Shown here piece after piece: positions 21,901 through 29,118 of a stretch of DNA of 64,000 bases. The stretch comes from a virus. Location of the stretch: the IMG/VR virus record IMGVR_UViG_3300047409_000266, positions 1 to 64,000 of that record. One strand, given 5' to 3'. The notes under the pieces are model-generated. The model did not search any database. It saw only the letters and a list, made by a program, of their open reading frames with translations, and was not told the origin of the DNA. The translations under genes and the position numbers were made by a program. The first letter of the stretch is position 1; each line of letters starts with the position of its first letter.

Positions 21901-24463
21901 GCGCTGGAAACGGATTGAAGAAGCAGTTGGGCGCGAAACTGGGCAGCCAATCCCGGAGGATATGCAGACTTATCTCCGTGAAAGCCTTTACTATGGGCGC
22001 ACTGGCGAGCAGCTCGAGCGCCTCGACCAGAATCATATCGATCCACTGATTGATGACATCAAGAAACGCGGCCTTACGCTCGAAAAGGTCGATCAGTTTC
22101 TGATGGCGCGGCACGCCGAAGAACGAAATGAGAAACTGCGCAAGATTAATCCATCGATCGCTGATCCATCCGGTATGTCGGATGCCGAAGCACGGCGCAT
22201 CATGAAGGAGATATATGATAGTCCGAAGCGCAGCGACTACGCTGCAATCGGTAAGCGGGTTCGGGCGCTGACGACGCAAACGCTAGAAACTTTGGTCAAA
22301 GGTGGCCTTATCAGCAATGAGACTGCGGCGAGATGGGCAGAAGCATACAAATTCTATGTCCCGCTGCGTGGTTGGGCGGAAGGGCCAGACGATCCTAACT
22401 TCGGCACCGGTCGGGGCTTCGACGTGCGAGGCGAAGAAAGTAAACAGGCGCTCGGGCGCAGTTCTGTTGCCGACAGTCCGCTTAGCTATGTGCTTCTGCA
22501 AGCGCAGAACGCGATAATCAGGGCGGAGAAAAACCGCGTTGGACAGACAGCACTCAACTTCGTGCGCAACCATCCAGATCCAGGGCTTTGGAAGGTCGAT
22601 AAGGGAAACACATCGCGCAAAATCGACACACAGACTGGATTGGTGAAAGACATCACCGAGCCCATGTGGCACATGCAGGACAACGTCTTTGCCGTCAAAG
22701 AGGACGGCAAGGTGCATTACATCAATTTCCAAGGAGACTACGGCGAGGCACTGGCGCGTGGGCTCAACAATCTCGGCACCGCGAACATGGGTCCGATCAT
22801 GCGGTTTGTGTCGACGCTGACGCGCACGATGGCGCGGCTCTCCACCTCATGGAATCCGGATTTTATGATCCCGAATTTCGTGCGTGACGCAGGCGAAGCC
22901 TTTATCAATCTGCAAGCTCAAGATCAAAAGAAGTTTGTCAAACAGTTTTCAAAGCATCTGATTCCGTCCATCGGCGGAGCGTTCAATGCGTTGAAAGGTG
23001 GCACTACGGGCAAATACACAGAGGCATTCCACGAATTTGATAAGGCCGGCGGGCGCATCCGATTCTTCGGCATGGAGAACGTGGAGGATATCAAGACCAA
23101 TATCGAGCGCAAGATGAAGCGGCTTGAGGGCGGCGTCATGAACAGCGCCGCGGTTGCTGGCAGCAAGCTCATGTCAGCGATTGAAATCGCCAACGGTGGT
23201 ATTGAGAATGCAACACGTCTGGCGGCGTTCATGGCCGGACGCGATGTTGGTTTAACCAAAGAGAAGTCGGCCTCGATCGCGCGAGAGTTGACGGTCAATT
23301 TTAACCGTAAGGGCGAATACGGGCAGATTCTCTCTGGCCTCTATATGTTTGCTAACGCCTCTCTGCAGGGATCTACGCGCATGGCGCAGGCGCTATCGTC
23401 ATCGCCGAAAGCGCGGCGTATGGCTTATGCGCTGGCAGCAGCAGCAGCAGCAATGGCGCTGTATAATCTCAGTTGGGGCGGAGATGATGAGGACGGTGTC
23501 CCGTTCTATCTCAAAATTCCTCCCTGGGAGCGAGATACCAATCTAATCCTGATGTGGCCCAAGGGCATGGGTATGGACGGCAAGTACGTCAAACTGCCTT
23601 TGCCATACGGCTATTCGTTCTTTGCTACGATTGGTGCGCGGTCAATGACGATGCTGAGCGGCAAAGAGAAGGCTTCGAAGGCTGTTCCAGCGATGGCCAA
23701 GTCGGTATTCGATGCGTTCGATCCGCTCGGGCGCGACGAAAATTCGCTCGCGCAGTTCGCACCGACTATCGTTAAGCCGGCCATCCACATTTACACCAAC
23801 GAGAATTGGACCGGCCGGCCGATCAATCCATCGCAGGAGCCGTGGAACAAGCACGAGCCGCGCTCATCACGTTCGTTTAGGTCGGCATCGGAAGGCTCAA
23901 AGACTGTGGCCGAGGGATTGAATGCGTTGACTGGGGGCACCAAGCGCGAGCCTGGATGGGCAGATATTTCTCCCGGCAGTCTCGATTACCTATTCGGAAC
24001 CATAACCGGCGGCCTCGGGCGCTTTGTCGCGAACACCGCTGGAACCGTTGGCCGAGCCTACGAGGGGCAGGAGTGGAAGATCAACAAGACACCAATCGTG
24101 CATCGCTTCTTCGGTGAGATAGATCCTGCCGCGAGTCGTGCGATCTATTTTGAGGAACGCGAGAAGGTGAATGCGGCAAGCGAGCGCCTTCAAGGATATA
24201 GGAAGGACCACGACCCACAGGCCGTCCAGCGTTTCCGCAAGGAAAACCAAGCCGAGATTTCGAGCCACGAGATATTTAAGCGAACCGACGAGCAGCGGAA
24301 GAAAATTAATGAACAAGTCGACCGCATAAAGGCAAACAAGGATCTGTCTGCCGCCGATCGAGAAACGCAGCTTAAAGTGCAGGAAAAGCGCGAGTTGGAC
24401 CTGATGATGCGTGCACGCAAACAGATCGAGACTCGCAGAAACGCGCCAACGGCACTGCCTTAA
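9968..24463 (+). CDS. giant polyvalent ejection protein, DarB-like (InPase-like, N6-adenine MTase, Strawberry-notch SF2 helicase, HExxH metallopeptidase, LPD38-like C-terminus)
   Basis: GADGGKLDVYVGP; FSTPP, VLEPSAGTG, NPPF; GDGTGVGKG, DEAH, QGFGRTHR; EEVQSDWHQ; HEATH; YVKLPLPYGY...ENWTGRPI. Confidence 0.9.
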   Translation: MSLEDQLGAVDPQSVDINPPVQQAPTYAQNVEIDPQTFRNRHIRKGIVKDQPVDPADVADSTFRSGMPDLPPGRVNPGEVADRIFRDAQEQERRRAQKPAKQPAADLSQYGDPIVDLSQYGEAEAPEEKPEEKKKPDWGGYGSVIGKSAAQVPTDIAGGLLQGAGLIGTKALQGAAKFSQAQLDVMDRIDKGEKVRPVDDAIGYGDMTPEQRKEFRTQTQPRLEKDAKAKYLAEDNPVYQAGKSVKEFGEKQFPLTDTEKGSLTSKITKGTLLVAPLVAAGIVAPEAAIPIGGAMFGLTGAADTYEDARKKGASPEDAMTSAGLSGAVNAALGTVNLGFVLKPIQKFMPETESLAIKLLARAGQSGVTFTGIGEAQEFLGQQIGKIYNPQYVAKLKGEEEELKLKIADVESDPAKAAANGGWLKQAKAGVKSYEEAIDAASGYSLDAQRMIASFATGAILGTAHGLIDARTAKKPVTTPGEEGTNTGDERKTPPPPPPPVTPDETGNERITPPPPPQNPERAAREERAREHGRAREAAREQQRQEEARAANASPEAKAAARQAKYETSLREHFNLTDEDIAAIGPDGLEEALRVRNFLEDYGIPTKELRSKEQFDKALKEASDAGAEIPGKETPPRGSTKEDTVPQSSGKWEGLNYTLETDKNNVRTGVDPETSKPWQQKMGSPHGYWNVGMGADGGKLDVYVGPDRTEGPNQSVIVIDEKDKNTGAFRQHKTFIGFSGLDAIQKAIVAYKSTEGKSHGMIGGIRIFKADDFKKWVKEGDLKAPVSDAMKAAEKAPGNAAEAAQEVGPEAGHEHHAAVENVLRAAGVDPATVRPADVARASEIHAEEGAPPDEAFPVAVVRSLVEDGHISRETVEKELGHAEASQLLDAIARARGEPPIKTDGATARREATAVAGGEPARGAAPVKETATGGEKPSVGEATAAGRPEGGRGTVEPATSGERVAEAGTTEGKPARAGRTAAATAEQVAKPTKATVRPSEKQSLLEFIAARGGIDSSDPLVKDIQQSIGHTNKFIPGYGTLIRQGGKRLDSIREAAVEAGYLHDPAEQHGGVTESTIVHLLDAVDKELRGEKQYRAGYTPETKEPSVSQLKRDRDALHEAMAKEKIPLDSSTKEHEDLAVAIFHERGGDPLDALEAAAFELERNHEVLTAEAKQDAEITEDLIDDLDRYAAPKASEALPAEGGKTAEGPKGAEVLPAQERGVAPGASESAGVEVKPSAEVKGEQRPGEREPAKSTTERTSAGEQAVLPGAERISDREHAQRGADERLKPKAEQKAADEGLFGDESKQTDLLDAAKKPAAEHPGLVIKSLETGKETHVKVRTPQVEAMPGTAPLGAKAKSDWTEIGRNETGHTLYEDQRGVRSYIVAGVRRTEPVPIVPSRGGVTPYKPTTSERAKHGNEWLLTSEVKAEESPDYQRGWNNAKADGPESARRRGGSDQEKAGYDAYVDQAKTTKSGVAAEEPDIKLARALANRIKNGESITNKVLQDEGTAAFGGTLAEGKFDRKDAHDALELAVNMAVREDPKLRIPPYRTDNAPWKETVDRLIKILDKLPTQRVRSEEQQSFQQFSTPPHYSAAVVYAASLRKGDVVLEPSAGTGSLVAAASAPGVKIIANELAPRRAELLRALVGDDGRVFTENAEQLDNILPADVKPSVVVMNPPFSQTAGRMGDKRDITVGATHIKQALGRLEPGGRLVAIVGRGMSMEAPAFKPWWKLIEDEYAVRANIGVDGDVYGKYGTNFGTRLLVIDKVAPTSGEKPITAEAHTVDDLMRALEPIRDARPQAIGGKPEFQPAQPSGVEMAQGGEGRSPAAAPVRPEPSVLGAGERGGRGVATEGQAGVGGTGGATPGLEAGKRPGVAAVEPERAGTERAGAKLVEGTAKGEQPKGGGGVGPQPDLQQTAKPESGTATSSERIELEHAEPGTQTASEISESLYEEYQPQRVKVPGAKKHPGPLVQSAAMASVEPPLPKYKPALPREVIDKGLLSNAQLEPVIYAGEAHSAMLPAAENETPKRRGYFIGDGTGVGKGREVAGIILDNWQQGRTKAVWVSEKRKLLNDAKRDWSGLKQNPNVLFDIGKVKSGEPIGAERGIGFVTYDTLKGGMSDQASLARGGFVRKQPVSVNGQPGTVQKIEPGRRGQPPQVTVALDNKTTVTVPGNEVTVSEAMTVKSRVDQLADWLGKDFDGVIAFDEAHNMGNAITTKGERGTKDAAQKALAGLALQDRLPNARVVYVSATGATEVSNLSYADRLGLWGRGTPFASRDKFITEVEKGGIAAMELIARDMKQLGIYIARNLSYDGVEYNRLEHKLDPNQREIYDTVAEAWQIVLRNIHAALEETGGNKDARAKSAAMSAFWGGHQRFFNQIVTSLQMPSVIKAAEKDLKEGRQVVLQLTNTNEASQERAAAKAETAEDIEDLDITPRDQIIQLVEKSFPTQEYEQYRDENGNERSRPVADANGNAVQNKKAVAMKEALIDRLASVRVPQGPLDMILDHFGTDVVAEVTGRKRRFVMKEDEKTGQKKRMEESRPGSSNQSETDTFQAGKKQVLVFSEAGGTGASYHADNSSGSKDARRSHYLVQAGWRADKAVQGFGRTHRTNQASAPIFHLVTTDLDGQKRFISSIARRLGQLGALTKGERKAGDQGIFSARDNLESKEAHQAISQFYNDLLHDNIEGVRIDDFEAQTGLSLRIKDDEGRVTGAKQELPPITQFLNRLLSLKIDLQNKVFRAFSDRLDHVIEVRQQAGLLDVGLETVKADKIAKETEEVVHTAKESGAETKYVKLAVSDKFHPTPFKFVADNPNRKIVSWAKSPHGKVYGIAEAPDITQADTGRIIPQYRIISPVSPSRLIARDNVDRRDTEWKKIEKQDAKDLWQVETEKAPEFVTRDLHLITGAILPVWDRLKGSPRVVRLQTDKGERFLGRVIPESHISDTLQALGAETKAKVVEPTALLSQLMAGAQAKLANGWRFKRSLVAGEHRIELTGPTSFSEGQQVKADGVFTERINYTVRYFVPTDPEAGARVLARLIEHRPVIELGKAGGEEDDITAAMALPAKPKSEWYYSAVANAIDTAKHEKAAPNQWLGMLRNTPGVKPEEMKWLGLEEWLRDHKGPVSKQELSDYVRANQIELKEVEKGIKQDSPRLEELRENPRRTPTEEDEFSRLLAEADPEREIARIDAGIRVLSNWPDDPSTARNPVNQAELDILSARWEELQSSTVQARGPTKFGTYTLPGGENYRELLLTLPEKKNPARTAVEDINKKLIDKYGGLQDAFNRWTPEENAEFDRIHNDAYGIERDSNPPNYHSSHWDEPNVLAHVRFNDRVIDGKKTLFVEEVQSDWHQQGKRRGYGEQRPDTSKWVAERVTTSNERAIRQFADKNPPYWKVLDEDGKTLKYIFAADEAEAIKSVADQLTERGVPDAPFKTTWPELAMKRMIRYAVENGYDKIAWTPGDVQAERYDLSKQIDGVTYFTKTGNLYATKGIDTIFSKHGVKPEQLSDYIGKDAADKVLNQPDRKYQHSETEGPAHEISGASLKVGGEGMRGFYDQILPAAVNKLVKKYGGKVGQGQLPERGAWEVYASEGGPFLGNARTFGEMRDARREGKFIKENPDAEGRRVHSLDITPQLRDAALAQGFPVFQAKPAAVQRSQPSRGLTEAAETNRLKAAEQRRELQFTDFAKRAEVEKAVLAMLDHMTGGRFSRGQAHVLLPDTIPGSAESGYGNLNLAPNRGGTYSPVYEVIRVALSDPDYPNPFRGVAHEATHMILDHFATDQERALLQHQRPRMVERVAKDRNLTFDQANSLSQYEIEAHYGEAYIDDRAKGGNGAGVHIGLRRLFERIMDFFRRVRAWLNGHGFRTIDDIYSDIYEGKMGQRESRRDKGEESKLIKDIRAEQAAEKAKAERARPTASAEPPIEAAMARPSRRPAGAVSRYPVAETISDILEAKNWPKLAKISQSIRIGGLNPIELRVKVQDKFLRWKRIEEAVGRETGQPIPEDMQTYLRESLYYGRTGEQLERLDQNHIDPLIDDIKKRGLTLEKVDQFLMARHAEERNEKLRKINPSIADPSGMSDAEARRIMKEIYDSPKRSDYAAIGKRVRALTTQTLETLVKGGLISNETAARWAEAYKFYVPLRGWAEGPDDPNFGTGRGFDVRGEESKQALGRSSVADSPLSYVLLQAQNAIIRAEKNRVGQTALNFVRNHPDPGLWKVDKGNTSRKIDTQTGLVKDITEPMWHMQDNVFAVKEDGKVHYINFQGDYGEALARGLNNLGTANMGPIMRFVSTLTRTMARLSTSWNPDFMIPNFVRDAGEAFINLQAQDQKKFVKQFSKHLIPSIGGAFNALKGGTTGKYTEAFHEFDKAGGRIRFFGMENVEDIKTNIERKMKRLEGGVMNSAAVAGSKLMSAIEIANGGIENATRLAAFMAGRDVGLTKEKSASIARELTVNFNRKGEYGQILSGLYMFANASLQGSTRMAQALSSSPKARRMAYALAAAAAAMALYNLSWGGDDEDGVPFYLKIPPWERDTNLILMWPKGMGMDGKYVKLPLPYGYSFFATIGARSMTMLSGKEKASKAVPAMAKSVFDAFDPLGRDENSLAQFAPTIVKPAIHIYTNENWTGRPINPSQEPWNKHEPRSSRSFRSASEGSKTVAEGLNALTGGTKREPGWADISPGSLDYLFGTITGGLGRFVANTAGTVGRAYEGQEWKINKTPIVHRFFGEIDPAASRAIYFEEREKVNAASERLQGYRKDHDPQAVQRFRKENQAEISSHEIFKRTDEQRKKINEQVDRIKANKDLSAADRETQLKVQEKRELDLMMRARKQIETRRNAPTALP
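15348..15761 (+). CDS. putative overprinted gene in +1 frame inside the giant gene
   Basis: 137-aa globular-looking ORF with GGAG upstream, spanning the MTase-helicase linker. Confidence 0.45.
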   Translation: MPDHKPLEVSQNSNLLNRAAWKWLKEARDEAPPQHLYVLSLAFWGLENGAGGEWPPRDKPALEEQVGQLLGWKPENALAWLLSNPNGPEQNEQGQSLLRALQRASSPKGAAALVLNQIYSRQQSQNPALQPAASELS

Positions 24464-24497
24464 CCACTCAGTTACCATCCGCCTGTAGGAGATCACC

Positions 24498-24761
24498 ATG
24501 GCTCGCATGAACGAAGCTGACTATCGGCCGGCGTACCCAATGACCGGCTCAATCACGATTACCAAGAGCGACTCAACCGTGCTCGGGACGATCTGCCGTG
24601 GGCTTTGGGTCGGTGGAGTGGGCGACGTCGCAGTTCGGATGCTGGACGGCTCGACACCAACTTTTACAGCCGTACCGGCCGGAACACTGCTCAATATCCA
24701 ATTCGATAAAGTGCTATCAACCGGCACAAGCGCATCTTTGATGGTGGGACTCTATGGCTGA
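24498..24761 (+). CDS. head spike base protein (RcGTA Rcc01079-like)
   Basis: ITKSDST...RGLWVGGVGDVAV...TFTAVPAGTLLNI..DKVLSTGTSA..MVGL. Confidence 0.7.
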   Translation: MARMNEADYRPAYPMTGSITITKSDSTVLGTICRGLWVGGVGDVAVRMLDGSTPTFTAVPAGTLLNIQFDKVLSTGTSASLMVGLYG

Positions 24762-25413
24762 TCTCAATATCTCCCAGGCGGGAATCGATCTGATCGTAAA
24801 TGAGGAAACCGGTGGACAAGCATACTTTTATCATTCGGGAGAGAACCATCCGGATTGGCCGGGTGGACAGTCCGGTGTCACAATCGGCATAGGTTACGAT
24901 CTGGGCTATTCAACGCCGAGCACTATCGCAGCAGATTGGGCAGCATTGCCAGAGGATGAGATTGTAGCGTTGCAGTCAGTCGCAGGTATCCACGGTGCTG
25001 CTGCGAGCTCGCACGCCCACGAACTCCACTGGGTTACAGTGTCGTGGGAAGTTGCGATGGACGTATTTGCCAATCGCGATCTGCCCAAGTGGGTTGATAT
25101 CTGCGACCGTGATTTGCCGAATTTTGGCGATCTCCACGGAGACTGTCGCGGCGCATTAGTAAGCTTGGCCTTTAACAGAGGCGAGTCATGGAACACCTCG
25201 GCAGCGAATGACGCGACCGGGCGCTACCGCGAAATGCGCGCCATCAAATCTCTGATGATGCAAAAGCGTTTTGACGATATTCCAGCTCAGTTTCTCGCGA
25301 TGCGGCGCCTGTGGCCGGTCGACGGCGATCTCTGGAAACGGCGCGGCCATGAGGCCGATTTATTCAAGCAAGGTCTTATCGCGATGAAGGCTGGAGAGCT
25401 TGTGAGAAATTAG
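24754..25413 (+). CDS. endolysin, pesticin/T4-lysozyme-like muramidase
   Basis: LIVNEE...WPGGQSGVTIGIGYDLG...ALVSLAFNRG...RRGHEADLF. Confidence 0.85.
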   Translation: MADLNISQAGIDLIVNEETGGQAYFYHSGENHPDWPGGQSGVTIGIGYDLGYSTPSTIAADWAALPEDEIVALQSVAGIHGAAASSHAHELHWVTVSWEVAMDVFANRDLPKWVDICDRDLPNFGDLHGDCRGALVSLAFNRGESWNTSAANDATGRYREMRAIKSLMMQKRFDDIPAQFLAMRRLWPVDGDLWKRRGHEADLFKQGLIAMKAGELVRN

Positions 25414-25424
25414 GGAGAATTGGA

Positions 25425-25790
25425 ATGAACCTGACAATTGTACAGAAGATCGCTTTGTCGATTGCTGCGCTGGGCTTTCTTGCGGCATCTGGCACACAGC
25501 TAACGGACATCTTTGCCCCGTTTGGTTCAGCGGCCCCGCTAATTGTGAAGGAGATTGTATCTGTCTCTACCTTTGTAAGCGGAGCCTTGGGGGTGGTTTT
25601 GACCTTCATCACAGGGCAGGCTTCCCAGATCAAGGCTGTGCAGGCGATGCCGGGTATTGAGAAAATCACGGTGAACGAGAAGGCAAACGCTACGCTTGCT
25701 ACAATGGCAGTCGCTCCACAGGAAAATAAGATCGAGGCCACACCACAGGCTCAAAAGGCAGTTGAGGCAACAGCAAAGGCAGCATCGTAA
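25425..25790 (+). CDS. holin-like membrane protein
   Basis: two hydrophobic segments; follows endolysin. Confidence 0.55.
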   Translation: MNLTIVQKIALSIAALGFLAASGTQLTDIFAPFGSAAPLIVKEIVSVSTFVSGALGVVLTFITGQASQIKAVQAMPGIEKITVNEKANATLATMAVAPQENKIEATPQAQKAVEATAKAAS

Positions 25791-26612
25791 ATGACCGGCG
25801 TAACGCAGAGCGGACGCTATCTCGGACGGAAAAAGGACGAGCGGCCGCAAGACGATCCGCGCTTTGGCGTGTCTCACCCCAAAGCTATGGCGTTGTCGCT
25901 GCCGCCAAAGATCGACCTGAACCCTGAAATGCCTAGCAAAGTATCCGATCAATTGGATATGCAGAGTTGTGTAGCTCATGTCGGGGCCAACATTGAGGCA
26001 TTTTTGTTTCCAGCCATCCGAGAGACCGGTGTTAGCCGACTGCAAATCTACTACGGTGGCCGGGCGATCGAGGATACGGTCGATGAAGATACAGGGTTGC
26101 AAACCGGTAATATGTTTCGGGTTTTGCAGTCGACTGGTGCGGCGCCTGAGAACCTTTGGCCATACGATAAGCTTAAAATAGCGGACGAACCCACAGAGGG
26201 CGTCTACGCGATGGCGGCGCAGTACCGCATTGGCCCGTTCTCGCGCCTCACGACAGAAGCCGAATACCTCGCGTGTTTGGCTCAGCGGTATCCATTCGCG
26301 CTTGGGATGGAGGTCTACGAATCCTTCGATAGTGTAGAGTTAGCGCGCACTGGGGTGATGGCGATGCCAGATGTGGCGCGCGAACAAGTGATTGGTGGAC
26401 ACGCGGTCACTGTTGTGGGATTTGACCTCAATTTCAAACAATCAAACACCTTCAAAAATTCTGGCGTTGATCCGGCGCGCATGTCAGATGTTGTGCTCAA
26501 GGCAAGAAATTCTTACGGTCCCTTATGGGGGGATTCAGGAAATCTATATATACCGATGCCGTACGCATTGAGTACAACAACTGGCGCCGATGCCCTGACG
26601 GCTAGGCTGTAA
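25791..26612 (+). CDS. papain-family (C1A) cysteine peptidase
   Basis: DQLDMQSC (Gln/Cys), GGHAV (His), RNSYGPLWGDSG (Asn). Confidence 0.9.
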   Translation: MTGVTQSGRYLGRKKDERPQDDPRFGVSHPKAMALSLPPKIDLNPEMPSKVSDQLDMQSCVAHVGANIEAFLFPAIRETGVSRLQIYYGGRAIEDTVDEDTGLQTGNMFRVLQSTGAAPENLWPYDKLKIADEPTEGVYAMAAQYRIGPFSRLTTEAEYLACLAQRYPFALGMEVYESFDSVELARTGVMAMPDVAREQVIGGHAVTVVGFDLNFKQSNTFKNSGVDPARMSDVVLKARNSYGPLWGDSGNLYIPMPYALSTTTGADALTARL

Positions 26613-26636
26613 CAAGGCAACCAAGGAGCTACTACT

Positions 26637-26963
26637 ATGAATAAAATCTTTGCAGCCGCCGTCCTGGCGTCTGCGCTTTTGCTGGCAGGATGTGGAGCAG
26701 GAAAGCTTGTCCCACCGACGACATCGGATGCTGTCGCGTCTGATATTGCACTGGTGCAACGGTACACGACGCAAATCTGCGGCTATGTCGCTGACGCCGA
26801 TGTCATTCTGCAGATTGCCGCAGCGGGCGATGGGGTCGTATCGACGGCGGTATCTGTAGCCAAGGCTATCTGTTCGGCCGTTACGTCCAAGAGCGCCATG
26901 CGTGGTGCTGTGCCGAGAGTTAAAGGCGTGCGTATCACCGGGCATTTTGTCCCGCGTCGGTAA
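26637..26963 (+). CDS. lipoprotein, possible o-spanin
   Basis: signal peptide with lipobox LLAG-C. Confidence 0.6.
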   Translation: MNKIFAAAVLASALLLAGCGAGKLVPPTTSDAVASDIALVQRYTTQICGYVADADVILQIAAAGDGVVSTAVSVAKAICSAVTSKSAMRGAVPRVKGVRITGHFVPRR

Positions 26964-27039
26964 CGATTGCTGCACGCTGAGAATGGTAATGAGGGCTGCG
27001 CCAAAAGCGTGGCCCTCATCTATTTGTGGAGTATGTCGA

Positions 27040-27606
27040 ATGGAAACTGCAGCAGCTTCAATGAACCCGGTTTGGATCGCGCTGATTGTTGCAATCCCAG
27101 CGATGCTTTCTCCGGTTTTAATGGCGTGGATGACGAACCGTAATCGCCGCCAAGAGAAGCAGGAAGATTACACCCGACAGGATCAGGTTGCGGCAACTGC
27201 GGCCGAAAGTGCGCGGCGCCTTGATGATAATCAGGCGAAAGCCCAGGAAGCCTTACGTATTGTTGCCGCTAAGGCAGAAGAAACCGCGCGACTGCTCAAG
27301 GAAAACAACAAGGCACAGGCAGATGCCGCAGTGGTTACGCAAGGCCAGCTAAAACAAATTCATACGTTGGTGAACAGCAACATGACCGCCGCTATGCAGG
27401 GACAGTACGACGCCACTGAGCGCGAATTGACAATGATGCTCGAGGTGATTGCGCTGAAAAAAGCAGCAGGTCATGAGCCTAACATCGAAACTCTTGCATT
27501 AGTTGAGGCAACCAAAGGCAAGATTTCACAATTGAGCGCCGCCATTACCGATCGAGCTACACAAGCGGCGATTGTCGCAAATGAGCAAAAACCGGAGCAG
27601 AAATAA
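27040..27606 (+). CDS. membrane-anchored coiled-coil protein, possible i-spanin
   Basis: N-terminal TM helix then long helical region. Confidence 0.5.
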   Translation: METAAASMNPVWIALIVAIPAMLSPVLMAWMTNRNRRQEKQEDYTRQDQVAATAAESARRLDDNQAKAQEALRIVAAKAEETARLLKENNKAQADAAVVTQGQLKQIHTLVNSNMTAAMQGQYDATERELTMMLEVIALKKAAGHEPNIETLALVEATKGKISQLSAAITDRATQAAIVANEQKPEQK

Positions 27607-27881
27607 TGGGCATGCTCGGAAGAATTCTCCTGGCAATCTTTGGCGATCCGGCGTCCGATGCTGCAGCGGCGCGGGCGCGCATGTCCGATCTCGCAGCGCA
27701 CAACAGCGAACATTTGGACTGGCAACATTCGATTGTCGATCTGATGAAACTTCTCGGGATGGATTCAAGTTTGATTGCGAGACAGGCGCTAGCCCGTGAA
27801 TTGGGCTATCCGGGCGACGTTAACGATACCGCGCCCATGAACGAATGGTTGATTGCTCAGGTGATGGCTAAATTTGCCTGA
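27606..27881 (+). CDS. DUF3597-family protein
   Basis: LDWQHSIVDLMKLLGMDSSL..R..LA.ELGY.GD...MNEWL. Confidence 0.8.
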   Translation: MGMLGRILLAIFGDPASDAAAARARMSDLAAHNSEHLDWQHSIVDLMKLLGMDSSLIARQALARELGYPGDVNDTAPMNEWLIAQVMAKFA

Positions 27882-27955
27882 CACTAAATGGTCAAAAGTG
27901 ACCATACGGCCTCACTTCCGAGGTGATAATCTGAGAAACCAAATAGGAGGACACT

Positions 27956-28408
27956 ATGAGTGGATCGGCGCTGATGGATTTTCTAATCGTTGTTTTCGGA
28001 ATTTGCATAATCTACGCCATTTTCTCCGCTGGCATCGATCTCGTTAAGCCGATCGATGAAGGTCTCAAGAAAATTGGCAAGATTGCTGTTGGCGGCGTTC
28101 TGGTGATCGCATTTCTGATTGCCATCAAGAATGTTCTATTTGGCGGTGGTGCTAGCGGTCTTGCGGTTACGCCGAACGGCATCATCAACTTTGCTATCGG
28201 CATGCTGGTTCTGATTGCCGTGCTCTACGTCATCGTCGGAGGTATTGCTTACCTGGGCGAAGCTGTGCCGTTCAAGGAACAGATTATGTTCATCGTGGCT
28301 GTCGTCGCCCTGATCGCCATCCTACTGCTCGCCGCGGCGGTTCTATTCGGTGGCGCCGGCTTCAACATCATCGGGCACACAAGCGGTGGGTCGCTGTTGT
28401 CGCGCTAA
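27956..28408 (+). CDS. four-TM membrane protein
   Basis: hydrophobic 150-aa ORF, AGGAGG RBS. Confidence 0.7.
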   Translation: MSGSALMDFLIVVFGICIIYAIFSAGIDLVKPIDEGLKKIGKIAVGGVLVIAFLIAIKNVLFGGGASGLAVTPNGIINFAIGMLVLIAVLYVIVGGIAYLGEAVPFKEQIMFIVAVVALIAILLLAAAVLFGGAGFNIIGHTSGGSLLSR

Positions 28409-28440
28409 TTGACACACCGCTGACATACGGAGGCTGTGTC

Positions 28441-28914
28441 TTGAGACATCATCATAGTTACTACCAACGGCTGGTGTGGGAATGGCTACGAAATCGCCAT
28501 CACCATCTCCACCACAGACGTCACCATCATCGTCACGTCATTTTATTCGTCAATGGCGTCGGCGTCGTCCTCGACGAACAGAAGGAGAATAAACTCATGC
28601 TCGAACTCACGTTAGGACACGGCATCGCAGCTACGCTCACCGTGCTCGATGCTGACCTCAATCCCATGCTGAAGCCAGTTGCGTTTGCGTCACCTCCGGT
28701 TTGGACGCAGACAACCCCAGCGACGGATACGATGATTGTTTCGGCCGATGGCTTGTCTGACAACGGCACAACGGTCGCTGTCGGGACTGACTCGTGGACC
28801 GTGACGGCAACATTGCCGGGACAAACGACCCCGGTGACAGCATCGCTCGCAATCACAGTCGATGCGAAGGAACAGGTGCCCACAAGCATCCGAATCGACG
28901 CAGTCGCGGTGTAA
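28441..28914 (+). CDS. Ig-like beta-rich protein; alternative start at 28597, His-rich leader if TTG 28441 is used
   Basis: GGAGG before TTG 28441 and AAGGAG before ATG 28597; Thr/Val-rich. Confidence 0.55.
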   Translation: MRHHHSYYQRLVWEWLRNRHHHLHHRRHHHRHVILFVNGVGVVLDEQKENKLMLELTLGHGIAATLTVLDADLNPMLKPVAFASPPVWTQTTPATDTMIVSADGLSDNGTTVAVGTDSWTVTATLPGQTTPVTASLAITVDAKEQVPTSIRIDAVAV

Positions 28915-28940
28915 TCTTTAGTACCACCTGTCAGACTTGA

Positions 28941-28975
28941 ACCCGCCTTAGCCTCGCGCTCGGGCGGGCTTTTTT
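28941..28975 (+). terminator. intrinsic terminator
   Basis: CCCGCC...GGCGGG followed by C and T6. Confidence 0.75.
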
Positions 28976-29118
28976 GTGTGTCCGGATAGTCACACCGTTC
29001 ACTATCCTGTAAGTTATCCCGCGTAGCATCTTCACAATTACGACGAACTAGGGCAAGCAGAACACGCATGCGGCGGAACCTGGGCGTTCCGCTTTTTCCA
29101 AACCACGGAGATTGAAAA

